From Methanobacteriota archaeon (lineage in GTDB: Archaea; Thermoplasmatota; Poseidoniia; Poseidoniales; Thalassarchaeaceae): 64,000 nucleotides of DNA. Each line of letters begins with the position of its first letter. Positions within the stretch are counted from its first letter, which is position 1. The DNA is taken from the NCBI GenBank assembly GCA_002708695.1, contig PAOZ01000011.1:145-64144 (forward strand), in the 5' to 3' direction. Below, piece after piece: positions 26,655-36,659 of the stretch. Both the position numbers and the translations under genes were made by a program. The notes beneath the pieces are model-generated. The model saw only the letters and a program-made list of their open reading frames with translations, did no database searches and was not told where the DNA came from.

Positions 26655-29600
26655 TCATTTCCAATATCTACTAGTTCTAGCATATTGTATCTCTGCATCA
26701 TGAATTGCACGAAGTAAACGAGTTCTGTTTCCTGGATCAATTTTTGACAATATCTTTGTGGCAGTTCTTTCTCCAATTCCTCTAGCCACTAAACAAAGAA
26801 TGGCGTCTAATCCTCTATCTGCAACAATTTCTGCGTTTCTCATCATACGGTCTCTATCTTTAGGGTCGTTGCTATTTACCCATTCTCTCAACCTTTCTTC
26901 CATTGCTTCTACAGATGTAGCCTTGAGTCTACCACCGCAATTACAATGTTCAGTTCTTTCAGGTAATTTCGCAACCCTTCTTCTACTAACATCTCCACAA
27001 TTCATACAAATTTGAACAACTCTTTCATTCAATAGCCGCTCTTCTACTTGTGTTCTAATTTCTTCATCACTATAATTTGGCAATAGTAAGTCCTTTTGTG
27101 CTCTGTCGGAAACTCCCAAAGGACCACTGGGAGTTGCTACAAGTTGGATGTTTTCATCTTGCAAAGCTCTCAGAACATCTTCCGTACCATGAATATCTAA
27201 TCTTTCATGGAATAATTTGTCCAATGCTTCAATCATTAGAGGACTATTTTTGTACCTTTTTATTATCCCCCTTACATTCACATTTCTAGGATCAATTCCT
27301 CTAGAAATTACTCCCATAATTTTTGCAGTTTCAACAACTCTTGAACGAAGAGCTCTACTATTTGGTGTGGTCATTCTTAGAATGCTATCAATAGCATCAG
27401 GTCTAGTTTCTAATAACCAACTTTCTATGTGTTTAATTGTCAATCCAGGGACCATTAAATGAATTCTATATGGGTCAACAATTGTTCGCCCCATTCTACC
27501 ATCAATCATTGAAGCCATGGCTTGAAGAAAATCAGACAAAGTTTGATTGATTTTTGTTCCTTGACATGTGTTCAATACTATTGCATCAGCTTGGTATTCA
27601 AGAGTCCATAAACCTGCATGAGGAACATATCCAGTTAATTCTAGATGTTCCATCACTGATGAGGAGAATTTTTCCATTGCTTCCTCGGATATATCATATT
27701 CATCTAATGAGATGTCAAGTAACCCTCCAGTTAAATGGTCTGCAGGGCCTTTAGGCGGTGATTCCATTCCTCCAAATTCTTTTGAAACAAGTATTCTCAT
27801 CCGCCCCACTTCTCTAGCTACTCTTTCTGGAACTGGAGGCAGTTCTCCGAACCATAGTGGTGCATCCGCTTTCATAGCAGTTGGAATTACGGTTAACTCA
27901 CTAGCATCAGGATCAGCATCAATAATCATCCAAGTTCTACCAGCCATTACAAACATACTTGCTGCTACATCATCATCTTGTATGCCCATCACGAATGCTT
28001 CATCTAGAGTTCCAATTATTCTCCTACTTACCGAGTCTCTAACCCGATAACGTTCAGAATCAGGAATCATTGAAACTCCTCTGTTTCTTACTTCTGCTGC
28101 TTTACCACTTGGCCCAAACCATCCATTTTTTTCTAATTCTTTAGGAATCAATTTTTTCATTTTGCGATTTATTTTCTGTTTTTCGTTTTCATCCATTGTT
28201 TCTATATTTTCGATTTTAGGTCGTTCAGGAGGAACGCTATTATCTGATTCTGCTAATTTTTTCCATAATTTCGGAGGCCACCTTAGAGGGTCACTTTCTT
28301 CGATATTTTCTACTAATCTCACTAGTCTTCTATCATCCAATAGATGTAAAAGATTCATAGTATCATCATGAGTCCAATTTTCAAATAAATGAGATTTTTT
28401 CAATAGTTTGGTAGCCTGATCACATCGTACCCACCCCTCTTGAAGAGATAATAGAACTAACTGATTAGTAGCAACACTTCGAGGATTTTCTCTCCATGAA
28501 ATTGGCTCAATTTGTTTTTGTTTTGCCATTCTTGCTATTGCTGCACCTTCTGCTATATCATCTGCTTTCCATGCTACTAAATCACCTCTGCCTACTCCTC
28601 CTAGAACATGTTCTGCTCTTCCAACTCGTTGCAGCATTCTATCTACTGCGCGAGGGCTTTCAATTTGGTGAACTCTTTTGATACTCCCAACGTCAATTCC
28701 TAATTCCATACTGCTGGTACATATCATTGCATTTAATTCACCATTTTGTAACTGATTCTCCATGTTCATTCTTGTTTCAGGTGCTAAACTACCATGGTGC
28801 ACCCCGATTTTTAATTCAGGATTTAGGCTTCTCATTCTAATTGCTACTGTTTCCGCAGAATTTCTACTATTGACAAAGATTAGTGCCGGACTTTCCTGCT
28901 CTACTAAATTAGTAACATGTCTTAGAGAAGATACAGATTCTGCACTAGTTCTCCAATCCAACGCTAGAATTTTATCTTCTGGTGAAGGTCTTGGAGAATG
29001 TACTCGGATTATTGTTTCTCTAGGAGCATCGCCTTGAACATTTATCGCATCATTAGACAACCATTTTGTTACTTCTTCGGGATTTCCAACGGTTGCTGAT
29101 AATCCAATTCTTTGTATTTTGTTGGTAGATAGACCTTGGAGTCTTTCCATTGCAAGGAGAAGTTGCGATCCTCTTTCTGAAGCTGCAAGGTCATGAACTT
29201 CGTCAACTATGATTGCCTTAATGTTGGATAGATGTTCACGAAGCCTAGATCCTAGCAACATAATTTGAAGAGTTTCAGGAGTTGTAATCCAAAGATGAGG
29301 TGGCTTCTTTGACTGTCGTTGGCGTTCAGAATTTGGAGTATCACCATGACGAAGTGCTACACTAAGATTCAATGGCTCTAGTAATTGAGGCAATCTTCGG
29401 TCAATATCTCGATTAAGTGCTCTGAGAGGAGTGATGTAAACAATAGAACTTTCTTGCCATTTTTCAGAAATTGCTCTTGATAACAGAGGCAAAATTGCAG
29501 ATTCTGTTTTTCCAGACCCTGTAGGTGCAACTAATAATGCATCTTTTCCTTCTAAGATTACAGGTATGGAATTAGATTGAATTGGCGTTGGTTTCCAATC

Positions 29601-29660
29601 TTTTTGTTCTACAATTTGAATAATCTTTGAATGTAACAAGCCCCAATCAGACATATTCAT
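26655..29660 (-). CDS. lhr: Lhr-family DEAD/DEAH-box ATP-dependent helicase
   Basis: 1001 aa. APTGSGKTESAILPLL (motif I), DEVHDL (motif II), SATVGN, QRVGRAEH (motif VI), a long Lhr-type C-terminal region and a CxxC...CxC zinc ribbon (CMNCGD...HCNCGG). Confidence 0.85.
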   Translation of the reverse strand: MNMSDWGLLHSKIIQIVEQKDWKPTPIQSNSIPVILEGKDALLVAPTGSGKTESAILPLLSRAISEKWQESSIVYITPLRALNRDIDRRLPQLLEPLNLSVALRHGDTPNSERQRQSKKPPHLWITTPETLQIMLLGSRLREHLSNIKAIIVDEVHDLAASERGSQLLLAMERLQGLSTNKIQRIGLSATVGNPEEVTKWLSNDAINVQGDAPRETIIRVHSPRPSPEDKILALDWRTSAESVSSLRHVTNLVEQESPALIFVNSRNSAETVAIRMRSLNPELKIGVHHGSLAPETRMNMENQLQNGELNAMICTSSMELGIDVGSIKRVHQIESPRAVDRMLQRVGRAEHVLGGVGRGDLVAWKADDIAEGAAIARMAKQKQIEPISWRENPRSVATNQLVLLSLQEGWVRCDQATKLLKKSHLFENWTHDDTMNLLHLLDDRRLVRLVENIEESDPLRWPPKLWKKLAESDNSVPPERPKIENIETMDENEKQKINRKMKKLIPKELEKNGWFGPSGKAAEVRNRGVSMIPDSERYRVRDSVSRRIIGTLDEAFVMGIQDDDVAASMFVMAGRTWMIIDADPDASELTVIPTAMKADAPLWFGELPPVPERVAREVGRMRILVSKEFGGMESPPKGPADHLTGGLLDISLDEYDISEEAMEKFSSSVMEHLELTGYVPHAGLWTLEYQADAIVLNTCQGTKINQTLSDFLQAMASMIDGRMGRTIVDPYRIHLMVPGLTIKHIESWLLETRPDAIDSILRMTTPNSRALRSRVVETAKIMGVISRGIDPRNVNVRGIIKRYKNSPLMIEALDKLFHERLDIHGTEDVLRALQDENIQLVATPSGPLGVSDRAQKDLLLPNYSDEEIRTQVEERLLNERVVQICMNCGDVSRRRVAKLPERTEHCNCGGRLKATSVEAMEERLREWVNSNDPKDRDRMMRNAEIVADRGLDAILCLVARGIGERTATKILSKIDPGNRTRLLRAIHDAEIQYARTSRYWK

Positions 29661-29699
29661 TCTTCCTAATGTCTCAACGCAGTTGGACGTATTTGGAGG

Positions 29700-32600
29700 T
29701 TATTCCCATCCATCATCGTCTTCATCATCGTCTTCGTCTTCATCATCGTCTTCGAATTCATCATCTTCGTATAGTAAATTCACAAAATCATCTTCCATTG
29801 CATCTTTATTCATTTGACGAATACTGACGTAAGTAACAGTAGGAACAACAATCATTGCAATTACGATTAAAAGAATAGTCAAAGGATTCTGCCGTGCCTG
29901 TTCAATCCAACCAAGACCCCACCCATAAGCGACATCAATTCCAACAGATATTGCATTGTCCTGTTCATCAATTTCATTAATTTCATTACTTGCATCAACT
30001 ACAACTCGAATTCGTTCAATTCCTTCTTCTGCATCCCATATAGTATCAATGTAAATCGTATCTCCTTCCTCAATTTTATCGATTCGTTGTGTATTGAATG
30101 GTTCTGTTGCATCTCCAGCAAAGAAAGAGACATCAAATGAAGCATTCAACGGACCACCTAAGTTGGTTAAGTACACTCGTAACTCAACATCGGTCCCGAC
30201 ACTAACACGTTCTTGTTGTGTGTCGATTCGTATTGCTCTTAGTTCTGGGCTCTTATCAGCACCTAATGTTACCCAAGCAAGATCCAAATCGTTGTCTAAA
30301 TTACTTGGTTCCCTGACAGGGTCGCTTTCACTATTGCTTGTTTGAGGGAATGTATTACCCGCAGCATCTTCTCCAGTGAGGTAAAATCCAATAATATATC
30401 CACTTCTTGGTGTAACTAAACCTCCACTTGTTAAGTCAACGGTTCCAGACCATAAAATTAGGTCATCTTGCAGTTCCATTGACAGTACTGAGTATCCTGC
30501 AGCAATAGTGGTGGTTCCATCTCTCATAACCCAGTGAACTTGTTGAGGTGCTTGTGCTAAGTCAGAACATCGTTGGTCAGATGGGTCATTCACACATTCT
30601 TCCGTTCCTAAGAAAGCAACATCTACTTCTGTTAGATCTTGTTGAATTCCGATATCAATTATGTCGATTGGAAGGATTCTGTGTATCACTCTAGGAGGAG
30701 TGTGGTCAACACTGAGTTGCAGAGTAGTAGAAACTGAATCTCTAGTCATGTCTTCTCCTCTACCAGGAATACCGGTAATACCAGTTAGGAAAGTTCTAGT
30801 TTCTGCGGAGGCAAGAGTAGGTGCGGCACTTAACGGAACTTCAACCATGTAATCCCCATTTTCTGTAAGGCTACCATCAGACCACATTTGTACTCCATCA
30901 AATACTTCTACTACGATACCGACATTATTAGGTGGCGGAGTTTGAGAGTTTTCATACACTACTCTTCCTGTCCATTGGATTCTATCATCTGCTCTGATTG
31001 ATGTAGAACTATCTATTGGTCCAACTCGGGGATGCATTACATCTGTAATTGTGTAACTAGTTGGATCAAGCACCAAATCATTCTCTACGTGGAAAGTTCG
31101 ATCAACAAACTCAATTCTTCGCATACTGGCTCCAAGTTGTTTGTATTCAAATGCTAAATCGCTAATGTCTTCATCCGGCCAATCCCAAGATACCTTGAAT
31201 TCAAAATCAATGAGAATCCAAGGTAGCCCAGTATCATTACTAATTACTGTAGCTTCACTATCTGGTAAAATTTCAATGTACTCGGAATCACTCCAAAATG
31301 TATTGTTTCTGCCCGAAAAAGAGATTGATTGCCTGTCCCTTTCAGGGTCAGGCCCCTCAAAATCGAAAATTAAACTAATTATTTCAAAATCAATTAGTCC
31401 ATTTGCATCAACTAAGCCTACAGTGATAGTTTGTTCAGTGCCTGAAAATATAGCATCTCCATCATTATGTCCTGACCAATGTAGCCCAGTAAATACCGAT
31501 TCCATGTCTTTTCTAGTTCTATATGTGGCAAGATCGGATGAAAATCCTGGTCCTTCTCCTGATTCAAGAAGATTGCCTGCAGGGTCATTTCCTGTAACGT
31601 AATATGATACAGAAGCAAGGTTTGGATTTCTACTATCATCAATTGTTGTAAAGAATCTTTTATTCCCTGCCGAAGTAGTATTAATCATTGTTTGATTAAC
31701 ATATTCTTCAGAATCCGCGATTCCGTTTCTGTTGGTATCATGGTCTGCTTCTACCCAATAGTGTAGTGTTAATTCAGTTGGGTCTCCAACATTATCTTCT
31801 ACATCGATAACGATAGATTGATCGAATCTTGCAGCAACATAGTCATCTTGTTTTGGAATATTATGAGTAATTTCAGGTGATGTAGCATCGATGTAGAATG
31901 TTCGTTGAGAATCTGGCCCTGGAGGAATAACTAACGTAGGGTCTCTTTCATTGTAGGTTTGAACTTCGTAAGTAATGCCATCGGGAATATCAATTTCTGG
32001 AACTGTTAAACTAATGAAGAAAGAACCATCAGGGTTATTTTGATCTTTCCAAGAAGATTGGACAAAGTCTCCTTGATCTCCTTTTTGAGCAATTTGGACA
32101 TCAAAGACTGAATTTAATGGAGTATCTTCGGTATCTGCGAACCACATTTGCCCTTGGAAGAATATTGTTTCACCTGCCGAAATCCATGCTCCATTAGTTA
32201 GATTTTGACTAGTTACTAAACCTTCAGCATCTCTAACTCCTAACCATCCGAGTCCATACGATTGGTTAACTCTAATTCCAGTATTAACTGTATCAGACAA
32301 CATTGCAGGTGTGGACCCTTGATCATCAGTACAAGTGACTCTAAATCCTACATTATTTTGTTCTGGGAATTCACTAGTTACTCTGAATCTCCAATGGATT
32401 TCAAAAATTCCATTGTTATTTGTAGTATAAGTTCCACCTTCTTGACCAGGTTGAATTGGAATAATCCAATCAGTTGGGTCATCATCCATTAAAGTCCCAG
32501 TTTCTGACCAAGTAAGTGATGGAGAATCAGAACTAGGTGAGGCCACGAAATCCAATGTTGCTCCTGAAATTCCAGTAGCTCCCTCTCCTATAACGTGCCT

Positions 32601-34736
32601 AGTTACCACTTCGTAAGGTTCACTACGTTCGTGAAGTACCATTCCTTCGTTCCAAATGATGTCAAGGTTGACTGTTTGCATTGTGTAAGTTAGTCGGAAT
32701 GAATTGATTTTGACAAGTCCTGGTGCGGTTGATGAGAGTGTAATAGGTATAGTAACTGTCCCCACTCCAGTACCTGGGATTTCAGAATTAATCGCATTCA
32801 AAATATTTGTATTGCTGACATCTGTTATTCCCAAAAGAGTGCCTTGGGTTTGCCATTCATTACTTCCATCATCTCCAATATCCATTTTCACATTTTGTGG
32901 TGCTTGGCTAAAAATTTGGATATTGAAATCTTCCAAAGTTGGAGTATATGATCCACTAGATCCTGAATAGAAATAGATATAGAAATAGATGTATGAACTA
33001 CTTCCAGTCAATGAAATGGTTTGTCCTGGGTTTTGAACAGTATATTGTGATCCTAATTGGAAATACATGTTGAAATAAGATCCACCTGGAGTTGTTGAAT
33101 TCCACCAAACTTTGGCTGCTACAGGCGAAGTTCCAGTTGTACCTAGATACTTGTAACCTCGAATATATCCACTTGAAGAATAACTAGAAACATATGTTAA
33201 TTGTACACGATCGATGACCGGAGAAACACTGTTGTTTGTTCCATTTAGATATGCACGCCATTTTACCTGATTTCCAGCATTAGAAAACGTTACTTGAGTG
33301 TTTAGAGAAGCAGATTTCCAAGAATTTCCTCCATCCACACTTACTTCAATTTCAACAGATGTACCAGCAGGTTCGTAGGTAATTAGGCCACTGAGAGTAA
33401 TTGCAGAAATAGAAGACCCAAGGTTTGTTGTAGAACCCATCGCTATACTATTCGATTGAGTAGAATTTCTATGTTCAAATGTAGACCCAATTCCGGATGC
33501 TAAAACAGTTCTCGATGTTGATGATGGGCAGTAACTGGTACTAATTGTATAAAAGCAAGAATAGAGAACTTCTCCTTCTCCGTTATCTGCAATTCCATAA
33601 TGTCCTTTACCATTTAGTGTAATTGTACCTTGGAAATCAACCCATGCTCCAGCACTATGTAAAACGAAATGAGATGATGACGAACTTCGATATGAATTAA
33701 TCAAAATTCTAGGATAATTAACTGCTAGCCCCGAAACTGTACCTGAGATTGTAGTACTAGTGCCCAAGTATGTAATTGAAGTTGCAGTAGTTGGGTTGGA
33801 ACGAGAAACATTCCAAAGATTGTATGTCAACGCACCAGAACTTGAACGGACTAAGACTTTCAGTGTATCACTTTCAGAGTCTATTGCAATTCCTACAGGA
33901 TATGAAGAAGAACTAGACATAGTCCAATCGCCTACACAACTCCATGTCGAATCTGTTACAGTCCATTTTGTAATTCTACGATAATTGTATGATACTGCCC
34001 AAACAGTATCATCTCCATCTGCGGCTAAATCATAAAGTGTATACAGTGATTGACTATTACAACTGTTATACTGTTTGTTTACATTATTAACTACTGATGA
34101 AGAAGAGGAGTTGTAGGAATTAATTGCAGGTGTTTGATACACTGAACTTGATTGATAATTACTTGTAAACAATGTATTTCCTACTTTCACGAGAGCTCCA
34201 GGATAATTCCAATTCATGTTAGTTGGTACAGTCATTGAATTTCCACTGATTGTTGGGCTAATGTATCCCTGATCTCCATTTGCTGCAAATCTACCTGTAG
34301 AATTATGATTTGACGAAGAAGCACTATCAAAATCTCTAGAAGCTGCTAGATTGTTTGTGCTAGTAGTTTCTTGAGTTCTTAGGGTTATTTCGTCATTTTC
34401 AACGTTTAAATTATTTCGATACCAACTTGAAAAATATGTTCCTGTGAATGAAGTGGAAGTACTTCCTGCCCCTCCAAATTCGCTGTTAGTTGTTCGATTT
34501 TCCCATTGTGTATTTTGAGCCGTTCCTTCAATAGAAAATGTTGCTTGAGTAACTGATGCGCCATATGGTAAAGTAATTCCCGGAGTTTGAGCATCTCCAC
34601 CAGTAGCACTTGTGAAACTATGGGTGAATGTAGATGTGCCATCCGCAAATTGAGTTTCAGTAGTTGCTGCAGATACAAGAGGAGACATGGACATGGACAT
34701 AAATAAGAAAAGAACGAATATTGCCGACCTTCTCAT
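29700..34736 (-). CDS. Giant secreted, C-terminally membrane-anchored surface protein (putative adhesin/S-layer-associated)
   Basis: 1678 aa. Signal peptide MRRSAIFVLFLFMSMSMSPLVSA, then a long S/T/N-rich beta-type sequence. CARDB-like unit near the C-terminus (VELRVYLTNLGGPLNASFDVSFFAGD...VVVDASNEINEIDEQDN). Single TM (LTILLIVIAMIVVPTVTYV) and a poly-acidic tail (DDEFEDDDEDEDDDEDDDGWE). GGAGGT lies upstream of the ATG. Confidence 0.85.
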   Translation of the reverse strand: MRRSAIFVLFLFMSMSMSPLVSAATTETQFADGTSTFTHSFTSATGGDAQTPGITLPYGASVTQATFSIEGTAQNTQWENRTTNSEFGGAGSTSTSFTGTYFSSWYRNNLNVENDEITLRTQETTSTNNLAASRDFDSASSSNHNSTGRFAANGDQGYISPTISGNSMTVPTNMNWNYPGALVKVGNTLFTSNYQSSSVYQTPAINSYNSSSSSVVNNVNKQYNSCNSQSLYTLYDLAADGDDTVWAVSYNYRRITKWTVTDSTWSCVGDWTMSSSSSYPVGIAIDSESDTLKVLVRSSSGALTYNLWNVSRSNPTTATSITYLGTSTTISGTVSGLAVNYPRILINSYRSSSSSHFVLHSAGAWVDFQGTITLNGKGHYGIADNGEGEVLYSCFYTISTSYCPSSTSRTVLASGIGSTFEHRNSTQSNSIAMGSTTNLGSSISAITLSGLITYEPAGTSVEIEVSVDGGNSWKSASLNTQVTFSNAGNQVKWRAYLNGTNNSVSPVIDRVQLTYVSSYSSSGYIRGYKYLGTTGTSPVAAKVWWNSTTPGGSYFNMYFQLGSQYTVQNPGQTISLTGSSSYIYFYIYFYSGSSGSYTPTLEDFNIQIFSQAPQNVKMDIGDDGSNEWQTQGTLLGITDVSNTNILNAINSEIPGTGVGTVTIPITLSSTAPGLVKINSFRLTYTMQTVNLDIIWNEGMVLHERSEPYEVVTRHVIGEGATGISGATLDFVASPSSDSPSLTWSETGTLMDDDPTDWIIPIQPGQEGGTYTTNNNGIFEIHWRFRVTSEFPEQNNVGFRVTCTDDQGSTPAMLSDTVNTGIRVNQSYGLGWLGVRDAEGLVTSQNLTNGAWISAGETIFFQGQMWFADTEDTPLNSVFDVQIAQKGDQGDFVQSSWKDQNNPDGSFFISLTVPEIDIPDGITYEVQTYNERDPTLVIPPGPDSQRTFYIDATSPEITHNIPKQDDYVAARFDQSIVIDVEDNVGDPTELTLHYWVEADHDTNRNGIADSEEYVNQTMINTTSAGNKRFFTTIDDSRNPNLASVSYYVTGNDPAGNLLESGEGPGFSSDLATYRTRKDMESVFTGLHWSGHNDGDAIFSGTEQTITVGLVDANGLIDFEIISLIFDFEGPDPERDRQSISFSGRNNTFWSDSEYIEILPDSEATVISNDTGLPWILIDFEFKVSWDWPDEDISDLAFEYKQLGASMRRIEFVDRTFHVENDLVLDPTSYTITDVMHPRVGPIDSSTSIRADDRIQWTGRVVYENSQTPPPNNVGIVVEVFDGVQMWSDGSLTENGDYMVEVPLSAAPTLASAETRTFLTGITGIPGRGEDMTRDSVSTTLQLSVDHTPPRVIHRILPIDIIDIGIQQDLTEVDVAFLGTEECVNDPSDQRCSDLAQAPQQVHWVMRDGTTTIAAGYSVLSMELQDDLILWSGTVDLTSGGLVTPRSGYIIGFYLTGEDAAGNTFPQTSNSESDPVREPSNLDNDLDLAWVTLGADKSPELRAIRIDTQQERVSVGTDVELRVYLTNLGGPLNASFDVSFFAGDATEPFNTQRIDKIEEGDTIYIDTIWDAEEGIERIRVVVDASNEINEIDEQDNAISVGIDVAYGWGLGWIEQARQNPLTILLIVIAMIVVPTVTYVSIRQMNKDAMEDDFVNLLYEDDEFEDDDEDEDDDEDDDGWE

Positions 34737-34877
34737 TGCCTAACCTCCGGTGATGTTTCACTCTGGTAGAGTGAACATATCAACATGGCGTCGTCTCGTC
34801 ATCGAATTTGAAGTCAATTTTTAGACGATTTATGCGAAAGTAGAATACAATTGAACCTACAGGAATGGTTGGTTATC

Positions 34878-35684
34878 ATGGCTCGTCGAGGCAAGAAGCA
34901 AAGTGGAAATATCTTCGGAAGATGGTGGGAAGAACGTAGAGATCAACATTTAACAATTCTATTCATACTATCATTAACAGGACTTGCTGCATTCCTTTGG
35001 TCTCTCGTTTTCTTTATGTTTATGGATGGAGTTAGTGAAATGCCAGATCTAATCGGACTTTCTTGGTTTTTCGCCATTGGAGGCCTAATACTTCTAGGGG
35101 TTGTTGGCCCCGAGTTTTTCCGATATAATGAACAATTGACATTACTTCGAGAAATTCTAGAATTAGAATCCAGAGCTGAGATCCAAAAAAGAAGAAAAGA
35201 GGCAGAGGAAGCAGCATCATTATTGGGAAGTATCCATCAAGGGAAATTGCTAGCACATTACAAAAATCATGGTATACGTGCTGGACGAATCTTCCAATCA
35301 CCTGCAACAAATTTTGCTACCGAAGAATCTTGGATTGTTTCTTGGTGGAATGCTGATAGTACCATCTTATCTGAGAAAACAGGTATTTCCAATCTTTCAT
35401 CTTCCAATGCCCATAAATCTTTGATAGTGGGTTCAATTACAGGAATAGTTTTGCTTCTTTGGAATTCATTATTTGGTATAGCTCGAATGACTACTGAAGG
35501 TTCTCGAGAATACACAATTGATATTTTGGCTTGGTTCCAGAATCAATTAGGTTCAGATTTGAATAAATTGGTAGAACCGGTTTCATTTGATTTGCTAACT
35601 CTGATATTGTTGGGTGTATTTGGATTATTACTTTGGTCTACTAGTCCTATGGTTTCGTTGAAATCATCAACGGAAGAGGAGTGA
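34878..35684 (+). CDS. Membrane protein, unknown function
   Basis: About 268 aa from the ATG at 34878 (MARRGKKQSG); the track starts at a TTG (34851). Four or more hydrophobic segments, a central charged helix and an ending of STEEE. Confidence 0.55.
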   Translation: MARRGKKQSGNIFGRWWEERRDQHLTILFILSLTGLAAFLWSLVFFMFMDGVSEMPDLIGLSWFFAIGGLILLGVVGPEFFRYNEQLTLLREILELESRAEIQKRRKEAEEAASLLGSIHQGKLLAHYKNHGIRAGRIFQSPATNFATEESWIVSWWNADSTILSEKTGISNLSSSNAHKSLIVGSITGIVLLLWNSLFGIARMTTEGSREYTIDILAWFQNQLGSDLNKLVEPVSFDLLTLILLGVFGLLLWSTSPMVSLKSSTEEE

Positions 35685-35693
35685 GGAGAACCA

Positions 35694-36659
35694 ATGTCCA
35701 GCGGTTATGGATGGATTCGTGAAATCGTTCTTGCTGCTGGAATGATTTTTGTTTTGTATGGTACGTTAGTATTGATGACAGGGTCTTCTCCTCCAATGGT
35801 TGTTGTTGAATCTCAATCTATGATGACAGATGATGAATCGCATGTAGGAATTATTGATCCTGGAGATATCATTTTAGTGACTGATTCTGAAAAAAGACAA
35901 GTTGTAACGTATGTAGAAGCAGTAGAAACTAGTAGTAAATTTGTTGATTATTCAACACATGGTATGCCTGGTGATGTAATAATTTACAAGAAGAATGGAG
36001 GTAACGATACCCCTGTGATTCATCGTGCAATATTGTATGCTTTAGCAAATGAAACAACTCCAGTTGAGGCCGATGGAACATGCAATGAAGGAGAATTAGA
36101 TGAGTTATTGATTGCTTCAGATGGTTCTTCAGGGGCTTGTATTTTGACTTGGGACGTTAGAGGGACGTCAATAACAAATGTCACATCAATTAACATGAAT
36201 TTAACCGGTTATTCTTGCCAATCACATGGATATTTGATGATTAAAGATTGGATTCCTGAACACCAGGGATTCTTAACAACCGGTGATAATCCAAGAACAA
36301 ATGGTTGTACGATTGATCAACTGATTGCAACTGGATATAGTGGTTCAGGACCACATTATTTTGGTCTTAGAGATGAATTTGGTAATCCAGTTACAGCAGT
36401 AAGATCAGATTGGGTTACTGGAATCGCAGGACCCGAGATTCCATGGTTTGGGATTGTAAAATTAGCCGCATCCAATAATTCTCATCAAGTTACTTCTGAT
36501 GCTTGGAATAATCTAATAATTTCAGTTGTTTTATTGTTAACCAGTGTTATGATTATTGAGAAAGCAATGACTAAATTAATAGGTTCAGCACCTGAATTTA
36601 AGAATTTAATTCAAGAGACCAAAAACAACCGGAATCAAGAAAGCAAGGAAGAAGAATAG
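35694..36659 (+). CDS. Type I signal peptidase, archaeal/Sec11 (S26B) type, with a large insertion
   Basis: N-terminal TM, then the conserved boxes VVESQSMMT (nucleophile Ser), GDIILV, VIHRAI (His) and LTTGDNPRTNG (GDN box). About 110 aa separate the HR and GDN boxes, more than the roughly 30 I recall as typical. A C-terminal TM is present. GAGGAG lies upstream of the ATG. Confidence 0.7.
   Translation: MSSGYGWIREIVLAAGMIFVLYGTLVLMTGSSPPMVVVESQSMMTDDESHVGIIDPGDIILVTDSEKRQVVTYVEAVETSSKFVDYSTHGMPGDVIIYKKNGGNDTPVIHRAILYALANETTPVEADGTCNEGELDELLIASDGSSGACILTWDVRGTSITNVTSINMNLTGYSCQSHGYLMIKDWIPEHQGFLTTGDNPRTNGCTIDQLIATGYSGSGPHYFGLRDEFGNPVTAVRSDWVTGIAGPEIPWFGIVKLAASNNSHQVTSDAWNNLIISVVLLLTSVMIIEKAMTKLIGSAPEFKNLIQETKNNRNQESKEEE

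Noticed and set aside
26620-26776. Extended N-terminus of the kinase ORF overlapping the lhr 3' end by about 120 nt.
   Set aside because: It starts at a TTG, and the overlap region is better explained by lhr coding. The ATG at 26620 places the Walker A motif at the canonical N-terminal position.
29700-29790. GAT/GAC/GAA-rich repetitive DNA resembling a microsatellite.
   Set aside because: It is in frame and encodes the poly-acidic C-terminal tail of the 1678-aa protein. It is not an independent repeat element.
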